Below are positions 17,546-25,165 of a stretch of DNA of 29,490 nt, piece by piece. The notes beneath the pieces are model-generated. The model searched no databases, was not told the origin of the DNA, and saw only the letters and a program-made list of their open reading frames with translations. The stretch spans positions 1-29,490 of the IMG/VR virus record IMGVR_UViG_3300043410_001082; one strand, 5' to 3'. The stretch's first letter is position 1, and each line of letters opens with the position of its first letter. The position numbers and the translations under genes were made by a program. The DNA comes from a virus. Taxonomy: Duplodnaviria; Caudoviricetes.

Positions 17546-18330
17546 AATTAAATTACAAATACTTTGCCTTGGTTGTCGCTCCAATGATTTCACTAGGTCT
17601 GTTTGGCGTGTTCAACATGATAGCTAATGCTGAATATGCTTGGCTAGCATTAACTTTTGTATTTTGGATATTGCTGAGCGGGCTAGGAATTGCTGTAGGG
17701 TTCCACAGGATCTACAGCCACCGCACATACGAATTAAAACCCTGGTTAGACAACATTATTTTAGCCTGTGGTACTCTGGCCTGCCAGAGCAGTAGTTTAA
17801 CGTGGGTAGCAACGCATATAGGATATCACCATCCGCATAGCGACACCGAAAAAGATCCTCATACTCCTACCAAAGGAATATTATATGCGTTTCTCGGTTG
17901 GACATTCTTTGTTAACGCACAAACTATTAATCACAAATATGCAGTTAAGTTGATGAGAAACAAAGCCCATATGTTTGCTCACAAGCATTATCATAAACTA
18001 GTTTGGGGATTTGTGTTGGCTTTCCTGATTGTATTTGGATGGAAGGCTTTAATTTATGGATACTGTATTGCTGCTATGATCAGTATTCTAACTGATAACC
18101 TTGTTAATGTATTAGGACATTCACCAAAGCTAGGTTATAGAAACTTCGACACAAAGGATAATAGTTCTAATTTTCTTCCATTAGGATATCTAGGTTGGGG
18201 TCAGGGATGGCATAACAATCATCACCAATTTCCTGCAAGGTTCGATTTTGGAATTAAATCGTGGGAATGGGATCCTTGTAAGATCTTTATTCCGTTATTA
18301 AAGATGGGTTCAACTAAATCTTCGGAATAA
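17542..18330 (+). CDS. Membrane fatty-acyl desaturase (delta-9-like)
   Basis: His boxes HRIYSH, HIGYHH and WHNNHH; HSDT.KDPH.P; transmembrane segments. Confidence 0.93.
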   Translation: MKLNYKYFALVVAPMISLGLFGVFNMIANAEYAWLALTFVFWILLSGLGIAVGFHRIYSHRTYELKPWLDNIILACGTLACQSSSLTWVATHIGYHHPHSDTEKDPHTPTKGILYAFLGWTFFVNAQTINHKYAVKLMRNKAHMFAHKHYHKLVWGFVLAFLIVFGWKALIYGYCIAAMISILTDNLVNVLGHSPKLGYRNFDTKDNSSNFLPLGYLGWGQGWHNNHHQFPARFDFGIKSWEWDPCKIFIPLLKMGSTKSSE

Positions 18331-18891
18331 CATTTTATTATTCCAGTCACGCTTCCCGTTTTCGGTTAGTAGTTTCAAGGCAACAAATTGCTTACAACTA
18401 TCCGGAACGGGATTTTCTATGCCGCAAACATCATACTTACCATTTAACATTATAAAATTTGTATCAGGTAATGTTTCGTTTATGTAAGAAATATACTTGT
18501 TAAAAGACTGTAATCCGTGTTCTCTAGACATAAACACAGACGACACACCTAATTGTCTTGCGGCATCGAGCTGAATCGGTAGCATATACTTGGTGTACAA
18601 ATCAGCAGTAAGTAGATTAGCCCCGTGTCTATACTGCGGCGATATGTAAAATCTAGAAAGAACACGAGCTGTATTGTTGCTCCAACGATCAGGAGAAAAC
18701 TGTAATCCGCTAAATGCTACAACATTATTGTCAGATACTAGCATAGTAAACGATTTAAATTTATCAAAACTTATCGATGTATAATTTTCTTTAAGAAGAT
18801 CGTTGCTATTCTGTATGTTACCAATTTCGTTGGCCCACAAATGATCTTGGGACCTGTCCTTGCACATATCAATGATTAGTATATTTTTCAC
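18310..18891 (-). CDS. Putative GNAT-fold acyltransferase
   Basis: VVAFSG...RVLSRFYISPQYR...AARQLGVSSVF pattern; GTG start 7 nt after TAAATA. Confidence 0.6.
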   Translation of the reverse strand: MKNILIIDMCKDRSQDHLWANEIGNIQNSNDLLKENYTSISFDKFKSFTMLVSDNNVVAFSGLQFSPDRWSNNTARVLSRFYISPQYRHGANLLTADLYTKYMLPIQLDAARQLGVSSVFMSREHGLQSFNKYISYINETLPDTNFIMLNGKYDVCGIENPVPDSCKQFVALKLLTENGKRDWNNKMLFRRFS

Positions 18892-18898
18892 AGTGTGA

Positions 18899-18913
18899 TA
18901 TTTACTATAAATA
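18899..18913. promoter_or_regulatory. Divergent (TA)TAAATA pair
   Basis: Minus strand 18899-18904 and plus-strand TATAAATA 18906-18913, filling a 27-nt intergenic gap. Confidence 0.7.
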
Positions 18914-18918
18914 TTTCT

Positions 18919-19467
18919 ATGAGTGTAAATTATTTTCCTTTCAACTTATCTAATTTAGAATTAATACAAAACGAGTTATATGCAAAACACGGGCACCTTG
19001 CAACGGGTGACAAACTGCAAACATTAAAGGTTGATTGGACTCCTGAAAACTTTTTATCTCTTTACACACCTATTCAGGATTTAGTTATTAAGCACGGCAC
19101 TGTTGTAAGGACTGCTAGATTTTTCTATACGCCGCCTGGTGTGGAATTGGAGCCGCATGTTGATGGTAAAGAAATAACAGAAAAATATTGGGCATTAAAT
19201 ATTCCAATTAATGTTCCGTCGGATAACCATTATCAGGAATGGTTTGATTATACAGGTGAAATGAGATTTGATAGTAATCAGATTTATACTGATTCAATTA
19301 AGCCCAAAGAGCCAGAAAAGCTAGTGTTGGTTGATCGACTAGTTTTATTGTCTTCACACTTTGTAAAAGTAGGAACCTTTCACAAAGTGGCAAATAACTC
19401 GTCTAAGGGAAGATTTATTCTGTCTATTAGATTTACTAATCCTAGCTTTATAGCGAATTTAAAATAG
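18919..19467 (+). CDS. Small Fe(II)/2OG-type oxygenase
   Basis: PHVDG...ALNIP...FHKVAN....RFILSIRF; ATG at 18919. Confidence 0.8.
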   Translation: MSVNYFPFNLSNLELIQNELYAKHGHLATGDKLQTLKVDWTPENFLSLYTPIQDLVIKHGTVVRTARFFYTPPGVELEPHVDGKEITEKYWALNIPINVPSDNHYQEWFDYTGEMRFDSNQIYTDSIKPKEPEKLVLVDRLVLLSSHFVKVGTFHKVANNSSKGRFILSIRFTNPSFIANLK

Positions 19468-20332
19468 ATTTATTTTCAACCCATTCATTATCATTGAGAT
19501 GATCAACGTTGGCCCTGAAGAACTTACGTTCCTGGTCTTCTGCAATTTCTAGTTTAGTTCTGTTGTGAACAAACGGCCAATTATCATAAATGACTATATC
19601 GTACAAGCCCCATTTGTGTGTATACAGTAAGTCGGGCTGAGATTCAAAGAACTTTAAATACGGTCCTAGCACTGGCTTGCATTCTTTTCTTTCACCGTTA
19701 ACTGTAACACTTTTGATCCAGGCGTCTGTTATCTTCTTTTCCGGATCGCAAAAATAATTTAATCTCAAAGATTTCCTGTTTGTGTAAGGATTTATTTTGA
19801 TAAAATCGTAATGGTCTACTTCAGTATTCTCTTTATACCAGCTTTGTTGTTGAATCTTAATGTTAGGTATTTGAGATTTTAAATCAGATGGTAGGCTATT
19901 AATCCCTTCTTCGATGTTCATCCAGGTGGTTAGGCCAGAATTAGGATCTGGATTGTTAACCATCCACAACGAACGAATAGGAAACGGTTTAAAAGAACGA
20001 TTAGGAATGTCAGAATGCCAGGCCATTTCGCCTCTGCCTAATCTTTTGCTGATCTTATTACTAATAGGGCTAACTGTAAAAATGTTATTTTTTATAGGTA
20101 CCAGTTCAGTAGCTTCGTTGCTGTATTTGTAATCAGTACTTGACCAGGGCTTTCCGAAGTTCATTAGAAACTTAACATAATCTGCCTTAGTAAAATTCAT
20201 GTTCTTGAAAACAATAAGGTTACGTTCGTACAATAACTTACGCCATTCGTCGGGATTAGTTTTAAAAAAGTCTAAAGGATTATCAAACTCTACAGTTGTG
20301 CCCCATTTATTGTGTATGTTATTATGTTTCAT
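19448..20332 (-). CDS. TauD/TfdA family dioxygenase
   Basis: LIVFKN, WHSD and HKW...DIVIYDN...VHNR motifs. Confidence 0.88.
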   Translation of the reverse strand: MKHNNIHNKWGTTVEFDNPLDFFKTNPDEWRKLLYERNLIVFKNMNFTKADYVKFLMNFGKPWSSTDYKYSNEATELVPIKNNIFTVSPISNKISKRLGRGEMAWHSDIPNRSFKPFPIRSLWMVNNPDPNSGLTTWMNIEEGINSLPSDLKSQIPNIKIQQQSWYKENTEVDHYDFIKINPYTNRKSLRLNYFCDPEKKITDAWIKSVTVNGERKECKPVLGPYLKFFESQPDLLYTHKWGLYDIVIYDNWPFVHNRTKLEIAEDQERKFFRANVDHLNDNEWVENKSILNSL

Positions 20333-20937
20333 GTTAGCCTTGCATCAAAAATTAAGTTAATACGATCCTTAGAAGAATCATTTTTCAACCAATGAGGTAC
20401 GTGATTATTAACCCAATACAATTTTCCCTGTTCTAATAATACATCTTCATCTCGAATATGAAATATGTTCTTAGTATCTTCCTGATCGATAACAAAATGA
20501 AACCTATCATAGTAATCAAAGTATGCACCAGAGTCGGTGTGCAGATCGATCCCTGAGTTAGCGTAGTGCTTACTAAAGAATATACGACCAAACTCTACCT
20601 TTGATGCTCCGGTTTCTAACAACGCTTGCTCTAGCCAGCTTCGCATTTCCTTGAATATAGGAAAAGAATTTAGGATATTTGTGTCTCGAATGGTTGTAAC
20701 CTGGTTCCAGTCTTGTGTTGTTTTAACCAATGCAGCATTAGCTACTGGTTCTCTAAGCGCAACCATGCAAGTGTTTTGTAATGCTTTAGTTACTCGCTGA
20801 CGAGTGGTGTTAATTGCCCAAAGAAATTGTATTTCTGGTTTTGTAAAAAACTCAGCGATTCGGTTTGCTAGATCGTGATTTGATGATATGTAATGTGAAT
20901 TACTTTCAATTGAAGTAAGTTTATACGGGGAGAACAT
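20329..20937 (-). CDS. Aspartyl/asparaginyl beta-hydroxylase-like 2OG oxygenase
   Basis: IDLHTD.G...RFH...G.LYWVNNHVPH...N....RINLIFD. Start moved to ATG 20937 because the track start lies inside the terminator. Confidence 0.85.
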   Translation of the reverse strand: MFSPYKLTSIESNSHYISSNHDLANRIAEFFTKPEIQFLWAINTTRQRVTKALQNTCMVALREPVANAALVKTTQDWNQVTTIRDTNILNSFPIFKEMRSWLEQALLETGASKVEFGRIFFSKHYANSGIDLHTDSGAYFDYYDRFHFVIDQEDTKNIFHIRDEDVLLEQGKLYWVNNHVPHWLKNDSSKDRINLIFDARLT

Positions 20938-20953
20938 TCTGTACCTAAAAAAG

Positions 20954-20959
20954 TATTTA
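20954..20959 (-). promoter_or_regulatory. TAAATA late-promoter-like motif
   Basis: Lies between the terminator and the first island gene on this side. Confidence 0.55.
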
Positions 20960-20979
20960 TTGTGAGAAATTTTAGTCGT

Positions 20980-21003
20980 AAAAAAAGGACCCAACGGTCC
21001 TTT
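20980..21003 (-). terminator. Intrinsic terminator ending the right-arm transcripts
   Basis: Minus strand AAA-GGACC-GTTG-GGTCC-T7, at the stop of ORF 21002-21226. Confidence 0.88.
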
Positions 21004-21226
21004 AACAGCCGCCCATCCTATCTGGATTTATCTGCCAATATAAATCGCTTAGTCGAGATTCTGCTGCACATACTTGTGCTCTCAGCGATTCAATCTCTGC
21101 TGCGGCTTCGTCTAATAAGTCAGACATCCTGTCGGGCTTACCTTCCTGTACACTTTTCCTTGTACTAATTTGCCTGCGAATTTCGGATCGTTTACGCAAA
21201 CGATAAACGAGATCTTGCTCATCCAT
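21002..21226 (-). CDS. Hypothetical phage protein
   Basis: 74 aa; DLLDEAAAEIESLR helical motif; overlapped operon. Confidence 0.7.
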   Translation of the reverse strand: MDEQDLVYRLRKRSEIRRQISTRKSVQEGKPDRMSDLLDEAAAEIESLRAQVCAAESRLSDLYWQINPDRMGGC

Positions 21227-21458
21227 TTTCGTCCTCCGTTGTTTCGTCGTGTTGCTTTAGCATTCTATATAATTTGTCCTGCTCAACGATAAGCAATCGT
21301 TCTGGAAACTTCATTGGTTGTTTGCTTTCATCGAGATATACTTTGCCGTTTTCAATTCGTGTAACTGTACAAAGATCAATCATTGGACTCTTGCCATACA
21401 TTACGGCACGGGCAACAGTACATCCAACATTAAAGGCATAGCCTTTCATATCCTTCAT
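21219..21458 (-). CDS. Hypothetical protein
   Basis: Start reassigned to the ATGA overlap at 21458. Confidence 0.65.
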   Translation of the reverse strand: MKDMKGYAFNVGCTVARAVMYGKSPMIDLCTVTRIENGKVYLDESKQPMKFPERLLIVEQDKLYRMLKQHDETTEDENG

Positions 21459-21856
21459 TTCTCTTCTCCTGGGTAAAATACTTCCACAGTCTTGCCTTTC
21501 TTTACGGCATAATCGTGCGTGTACCATGTTCCGCCTTTTGGTTGCCATTTGTTCTGCAACGGAACCACAAGTAATAGTTCTGTTTGGTCTACTATATTAC
21601 GATCTCTTTGCAAATATCCTAGGGGTTCACGAACTTCGTCGCCACCAAAATATCCTTGTGTTTCTGTCATTCTGGGTGGATGACAGACAATTCGCCAACC
21701 TAGTTGTTTTGCTACTGCGGCAATTTGAATATCTACACCAGTGCAATCGCCGTGATGCAACTCGTGACCGGTGCCAAGAGACTCCATAAAAGAAATTACT
21801 CTCAGTAGCTGATCGTCATTTGCTCCTTCTCTAGTTCCCGTAACACCAATTTTCAT
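21455..21856 (-). CDS. SLOG superfamily (DprA/YspA-like) protein
   Basis: IGVTGTR, HHGDCTGVD, RDRNIVD and GGTWYT motifs. Confidence 0.75.
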   Translation of the reverse strand: MKIGVTGTREGANDDQLLRVISFMESLGTGHELHHGDCTGVDIQIAAVAKQLGWRIVCHPPRMTETQGYFGGDEVREPLGYLQRDRNIVDQTELLLVVPLQNKWQPKGGTWYTHDYAVKKGKTVEVFYPGEEK

Positions 21857-21860
21857 ATAG

Positions 21861-22073
21861 TTATTGTTCGTCCTTTAGCACGTCAAACATGTCGCCATAC
21901 TCATAGTCTGCATAGATGTGCATATCGTCTCTGTGCATAGCAACTCGGCGACACACTTTAGTGAGCCATCGACGTTTGCCTTTTACTTTAACAGGATACC
22001 AAGCAAACCATTCTTCCCATTTGTACTTAGGAAATCCTGGTGCTGGTCCTGCGCTTACTCCGGCATCGTACAT
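21861..22073 (-). CDS. Hypothetical protein
   Basis: 70 aa with WFAWYPV...WL; GAGGA Shine-Dalgarno. Confidence 0.65.
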   Translation of the reverse strand: MYDAGVSAGPAPGFPKYKWEEWFAWYPVKVKGKRRWLTKVCRRVAMHRDDMHIYADYEYGDMFDVLKDEQ

Positions 22074-22080
22074 TTCATCC

Positions 22081-22986
22081 TCAGGCTACCTCCATGTAGT
22101 TGCGTACCCAAGCAAGGCGAGCTTGCTCGTCCATAGCAGTATATTCAACAATGTTAGCACGAATAGCATCCACAAGGCCGTAATACTCTTCGTCTAGATT
22201 GTGCTTGATGTCCTTGTTCAAGTCTACTAACTTATCAGTTCTTGGATTGCGAGCAACCCACTTTGAAGTTAAGTAGTATGGTGACTTGATCTTAGCACTC
22301 ACACCTTCGTCTGTATAGAATACATAACCTTCGTGCTTGCATTCCTTTGCTAGTTGTTTTAGTCGAGCCATGTTAGTAGTAACCGATTCGGCACGATAGC
22401 AGTTAAGCATATGAGCTAAATCAATCAACACTTGTGGATCGTGTCCTACATTGCTACCCCATTCGTTTTCACGATAGCCTAGCAAATACATACCGGCCTT
22501 TTCTGGAACAATGTGTGGATCTTCTGGATGCACACATTCAAACATAAAAGTCATACCTAGGTTGTCTGTTGTACCTAGGATCATTCGCCAGTCGGCCAAA
22601 GGGGCGTGTGTTAGCATCATTTCCTTTGCCATAGCAACGTATGGGCTATCAGTGCTACCAGTAGTAGACACTAACAGTTCTCCGTTATATACAGTTAAAG
22701 CAACCATAAAACCATTGACTTTACGGAAAGCGGTAACTTTGGTGTCGTCCGGTAGCACAGGCGCTTCCTTTTCGATACCGTAATTATAGATCTTTGTAAA
22801 GGGATATGTCACTAAGTTAAAATCTGCGTCAACAATAGTACCGCGACATTCCGCAATATATTCGTTCCACAAGTTATCATAGAACACTTTCTTTTTATAC
22901 TTTAGTACATAGATACCGTCACCGGCTTCTTTCTTGTTAACAAGGTTGGAAGTTTCTACATACTTTTTTAATTCGTCTTTAAACAT
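22081..22986 (-). CDS. RNA ligase (T4 Rnl1-like)
   Basis: ECRG, PFTKIYN, KVNG (motif I), FE, EGYV and KIKS..Y. Confidence 0.85.
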   Translation of the reverse strand: MFKDELKKYVETSNLVNKKEAGDGIYVLKYKKKVFYDNLWNEYIAECRGTIVDADFNLVTYPFTKIYNYGIEKEAPVLPDDTKVTAFRKVNGFMVALTVYNGELLVSTTGSTDSPYVAMAKEMMLTHAPLADWRMILGTTDNLGMTFMFECVHPEDPHIVPEKAGMYLLGYRENEWGSNVGHDPQVLIDLAHMLNCYRAESVTTNMARLKQLAKECKHEGYVFYTDEGVSAKIKSPYYLTSKWVARNPRTDKLVDLNKDIKHNLDEEYYGLVDAIRANIVEYTAMDEQARLAWVRNYMEVA

Positions 22987-23251
22987 CTTCTACTCTTTTC
23001 AATTGGTGAACATTGTCTTTGAAGTCGTGCATTTCACACATACTATGTTCAAAGTCAAAGAATACAGTTGATTCTAGTTCGGGTGCATTACACCCATAAC
23101 CTATTGTACGAGTAATGCTGCCTTTTGTCAACTCATTTTTGTTCCAGGGGTGACCAACAATAGGTCTTTGATACCTACAGTTACAACAGCAACGACCCGC
23201 AGTGTTTAACTCCGGGTCGTTCCATCCTTTAAAACAAGGATCAATCTTCAT
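22979..23251 (-). CDS. Small Cys-rich hypothetical protein
   Basis: CCCNC...C...CEMH; overlaps both neighbours. Confidence 0.65.
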   Translation of the reverse strand: MKIDPCFKGWNDPELNTAGRCCCNCRYQRPIVGHPWNKNELTKGSITRTIGYGCNAPELESTVFFDFEHSMCEMHDFKDNVHQLKRVEDV

Positions 23252-23750
23252 TTAATACCAGCCGTTCGGCATAGTTATACAAACCTTGGTCACCTTTGGT
23301 TAATACTTCTAAAAGCAAACGCTTTTCTTCAAAGTAAACTTTGGCAAAGTCTGCATCGTGCATCATAATGCTGGAACAGTTGCTGATAATGTCTGCTAAC
23401 TTAATAGTGTGGGCCTCTCCCGGCGCAGCCGCAATGTGCTGACGGTCAATGGCTTTTCGTGTAGCACGATTTCCATCTTCCTTCTTGCTTACGTCTGTAA
23501 CCCACAATACCAGGTCTGTAACAGCATCACCGAACTCTTCACGCAAAGCATCCGGAGTAACTGCGGTATCTTCTAAAACATCATGCAACCAAGCGGCTGC
23601 AATCATTTCTTCAGAGCCTCCTGCTGTTTCGACAAAGGCTGCAACTTGTTTAGGATGAACAATGTAAGGTTCGTTGGTATACTTACGGCGCTGATCAATA
23701 GCAGCGTGTGCCGCAGTAGCAAAAATCCTAGCTCTTTCTACAATAGTCAT
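23241..23750 (-). CDS. HD-domain small alarmone hydrolase-like protein (SpoT/Mesh1 type)
   Basis: AH...Q.RK...EPYIVHP, LHDVLEDT and IKLAD. Confidence 0.88.
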   Translation of the reverse strand: MTIVERARIFATAAHAAIDQRRKYTNEPYIVHPKQVAAFVETAGGSEEMIAAAWLHDVLEDTAVTPDALREEFGDAVTDLVLWVTDVSKKEDGNRATRKAIDRQHIAAAPGEAHTIKLADIISNCSSIMMHDADFAKVYFEEKRLLLEVLTKGDQGLYNYAERLVLNED

Positions 23751-24295
23751 ACGTGATGTCCTTTAATTTCACCCTTTAATGCTGAAGCAATCATTACGTC
23801 CATTTCCTGGACAATAACTCCCGTAGCATCCATTCCTGCATCCAATGCTCGATAGCCTTCCAATCCACTCTTGCCACCGTGTAAGTGACCGTGGAAGTGA
23901 ACAGCGCCTCTGTGCATTTGATCCCATTCTGCTATTGGATAGTGGAACATAACAACTTTGGTGCCGTTATAGTTAATATCCAAATACTTGTGTACCTCTG
24001 TGAAGCAACGCTTAAACACAGGGTCGTTTAACAACTTACGATCGTGGTTACCTTCAACCAAAATCTTATCACCGTTTAAGCGACTCATGTATTCAATAGC
24101 CTTTAAGCTAGGCAAGAACGCCACATCACCTAAAATATAGACCAAGTCACCTGGCTCGACTAACTCGTTCCATTCCTTGACCATTGTTTCGTTCATGTAA
24201 TCAACGTCATCGCGAAACCTGGCTCGCGTGACTGGGCAGAACTTCATAATGTTCTTGTGCCCAAAGTGTAAATCTGATGTTATAAATGTTTTCAT
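23747..24295 (-). CDS. Calcineurin-like metallophosphoesterase
   Basis: SDLHFGH, LGD, GNHD, HYP and HGHLH. Confidence 0.9.
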   Translation of the reverse strand: MKTFITSDLHFGHKNIMKFCPVTRARFRDDVDYMNETMVKEWNELVEPGDLVYILGDVAFLPSLKAIEYMSRLNGDKILVEGNHDRKLLNDPVFKRCFTEVHKYLDINYNGTKVVMFHYPIAEWDQMHRGAVHFHGHLHGGKSGLEGYRALDAGMDATGVIVQEMDVMIASALKGEIKGHHV

Positions 24296-24304
24296 GTTAT
24301 TCCT

Positions 24305-24333
24305 ATTATAACACCAAATTGTACTGTTGTCAA
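24305..24333 (-). promoter_or_regulatory. sigma70-type promoter TTGACA-N17-TATAAT
   Basis: Perfect consensus, with the -10 ending 9 nt upstream of the phosphoesterase ATG. Confidence 0.85.
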
Positions 24334-24800
24334 CTAGCGTACCAGATTTCTTCGAAGCCTTCTTCTTCAGATGGCATTTCTAAGTTAGCGATCATCGACT
24401 CCATAACGTTTGTGGGAATGTGTTTCCCTACACGTTGAGCCAACCGCTTGTCTAGTTCTTCTTTATCAGGAGTCTTAAACACAATAGCGATCTTTTTGTA
24501 ACCTTCCAACTTGGCCAACTTTGCCTTACGGCTCTTGGCGCTGGTGTTAGTTTGATCCCAAATGATGTCAGTGTTATTTGCTTTGCAAATTTCCACTTGA
24601 TTATCCATCAACTTAGTAGCAATCTTAACATAGTCTGCAAAGACATCGTTATAAGTCTTTCCTTCTTTGGCAGCGTGATAGTCAATGAAGCGATCACTGC
24701 TGACTACAGGAATATCCTTAGTCCAATCCTGATTAGAGATCCAGGTGCTTTTACCGCTACCTGGTACTCCTATCAACATATACAATTTTGGTGTTGTCAT
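24330..24800 (-). CDS. P-loop kinase, polynucleotide kinase-like (AAA_33)
   Basis: GVPGSGKST, SSD, DQTN and R...R lid. Confidence 0.85.
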   Translation of the reverse strand: MTTPKLYMLIGVPGSGKSTWISNQDWTKDIPVVSSDRFIDYHAAKEGKTYNDVFADYVKIATKLMDNQVEICKANNTDIIWDQTNTSAKSRKAKLAKLEGYKKIAIVFKTPDKEELDKRLAQRVGKHIPTNVMESMIANLEMPSEEEGFEEIWYAS

Positions 24801-25165
24801 TATATTTTAATTCCAAGAAGTTTTTGTTCTTCTTTAGATAGAACAGAGTTCAACTTTTCCTTTGCCTCTGCTATTCGTTTGTTATGTTCACGTTTCTTTA
24901 CTTTACCTGCCCACCAACGACCCAATTCCGGATCTTTGAGTATAGCAAATTCAGCGTTGCCTGTGCTTTCTAAATACTCCATTACGCCCATAAGCATATT
25001 ATCGTATGAAAACGGTTTTTGTTTTTTCTTATTGTTCCAATCGATGACATCTTCATCAGCCACTTCAGTCCACTGGTCCCATTCGTCTGCATCAATTGAT
25101 TTAGCGAAGCCTTCTATGTCTACAGCAATGTATTTCTTCATTTCTAATATGTCTTTCTCATCCAT
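24800..25165 (-). CDS. Hypothetical protein
   Basis: 121 aa, TAATG-coupled on both sides. Confidence 0.7.
   Translation of the reverse strand: MDEKDILEMKKYIAVDIEGFAKSIDADEWDQWTEVADEDVIDWNNKKKQKPFSYDNMLMGVMEYLESTGNAEFAILKDPELGRWWAGKVKKREHNKRIAEAKEKLNSVLSKEEQKLLGIKI

Noticed and set aside
4116-20937. Island as a captured bacterial chromosome segment
   Set aside because: It contains a phage fibre-like gene and phage-late-like motifs, has extreme compaction, and lacks regulators or housekeeping genes. Read-coverage confirmation is still advisable.
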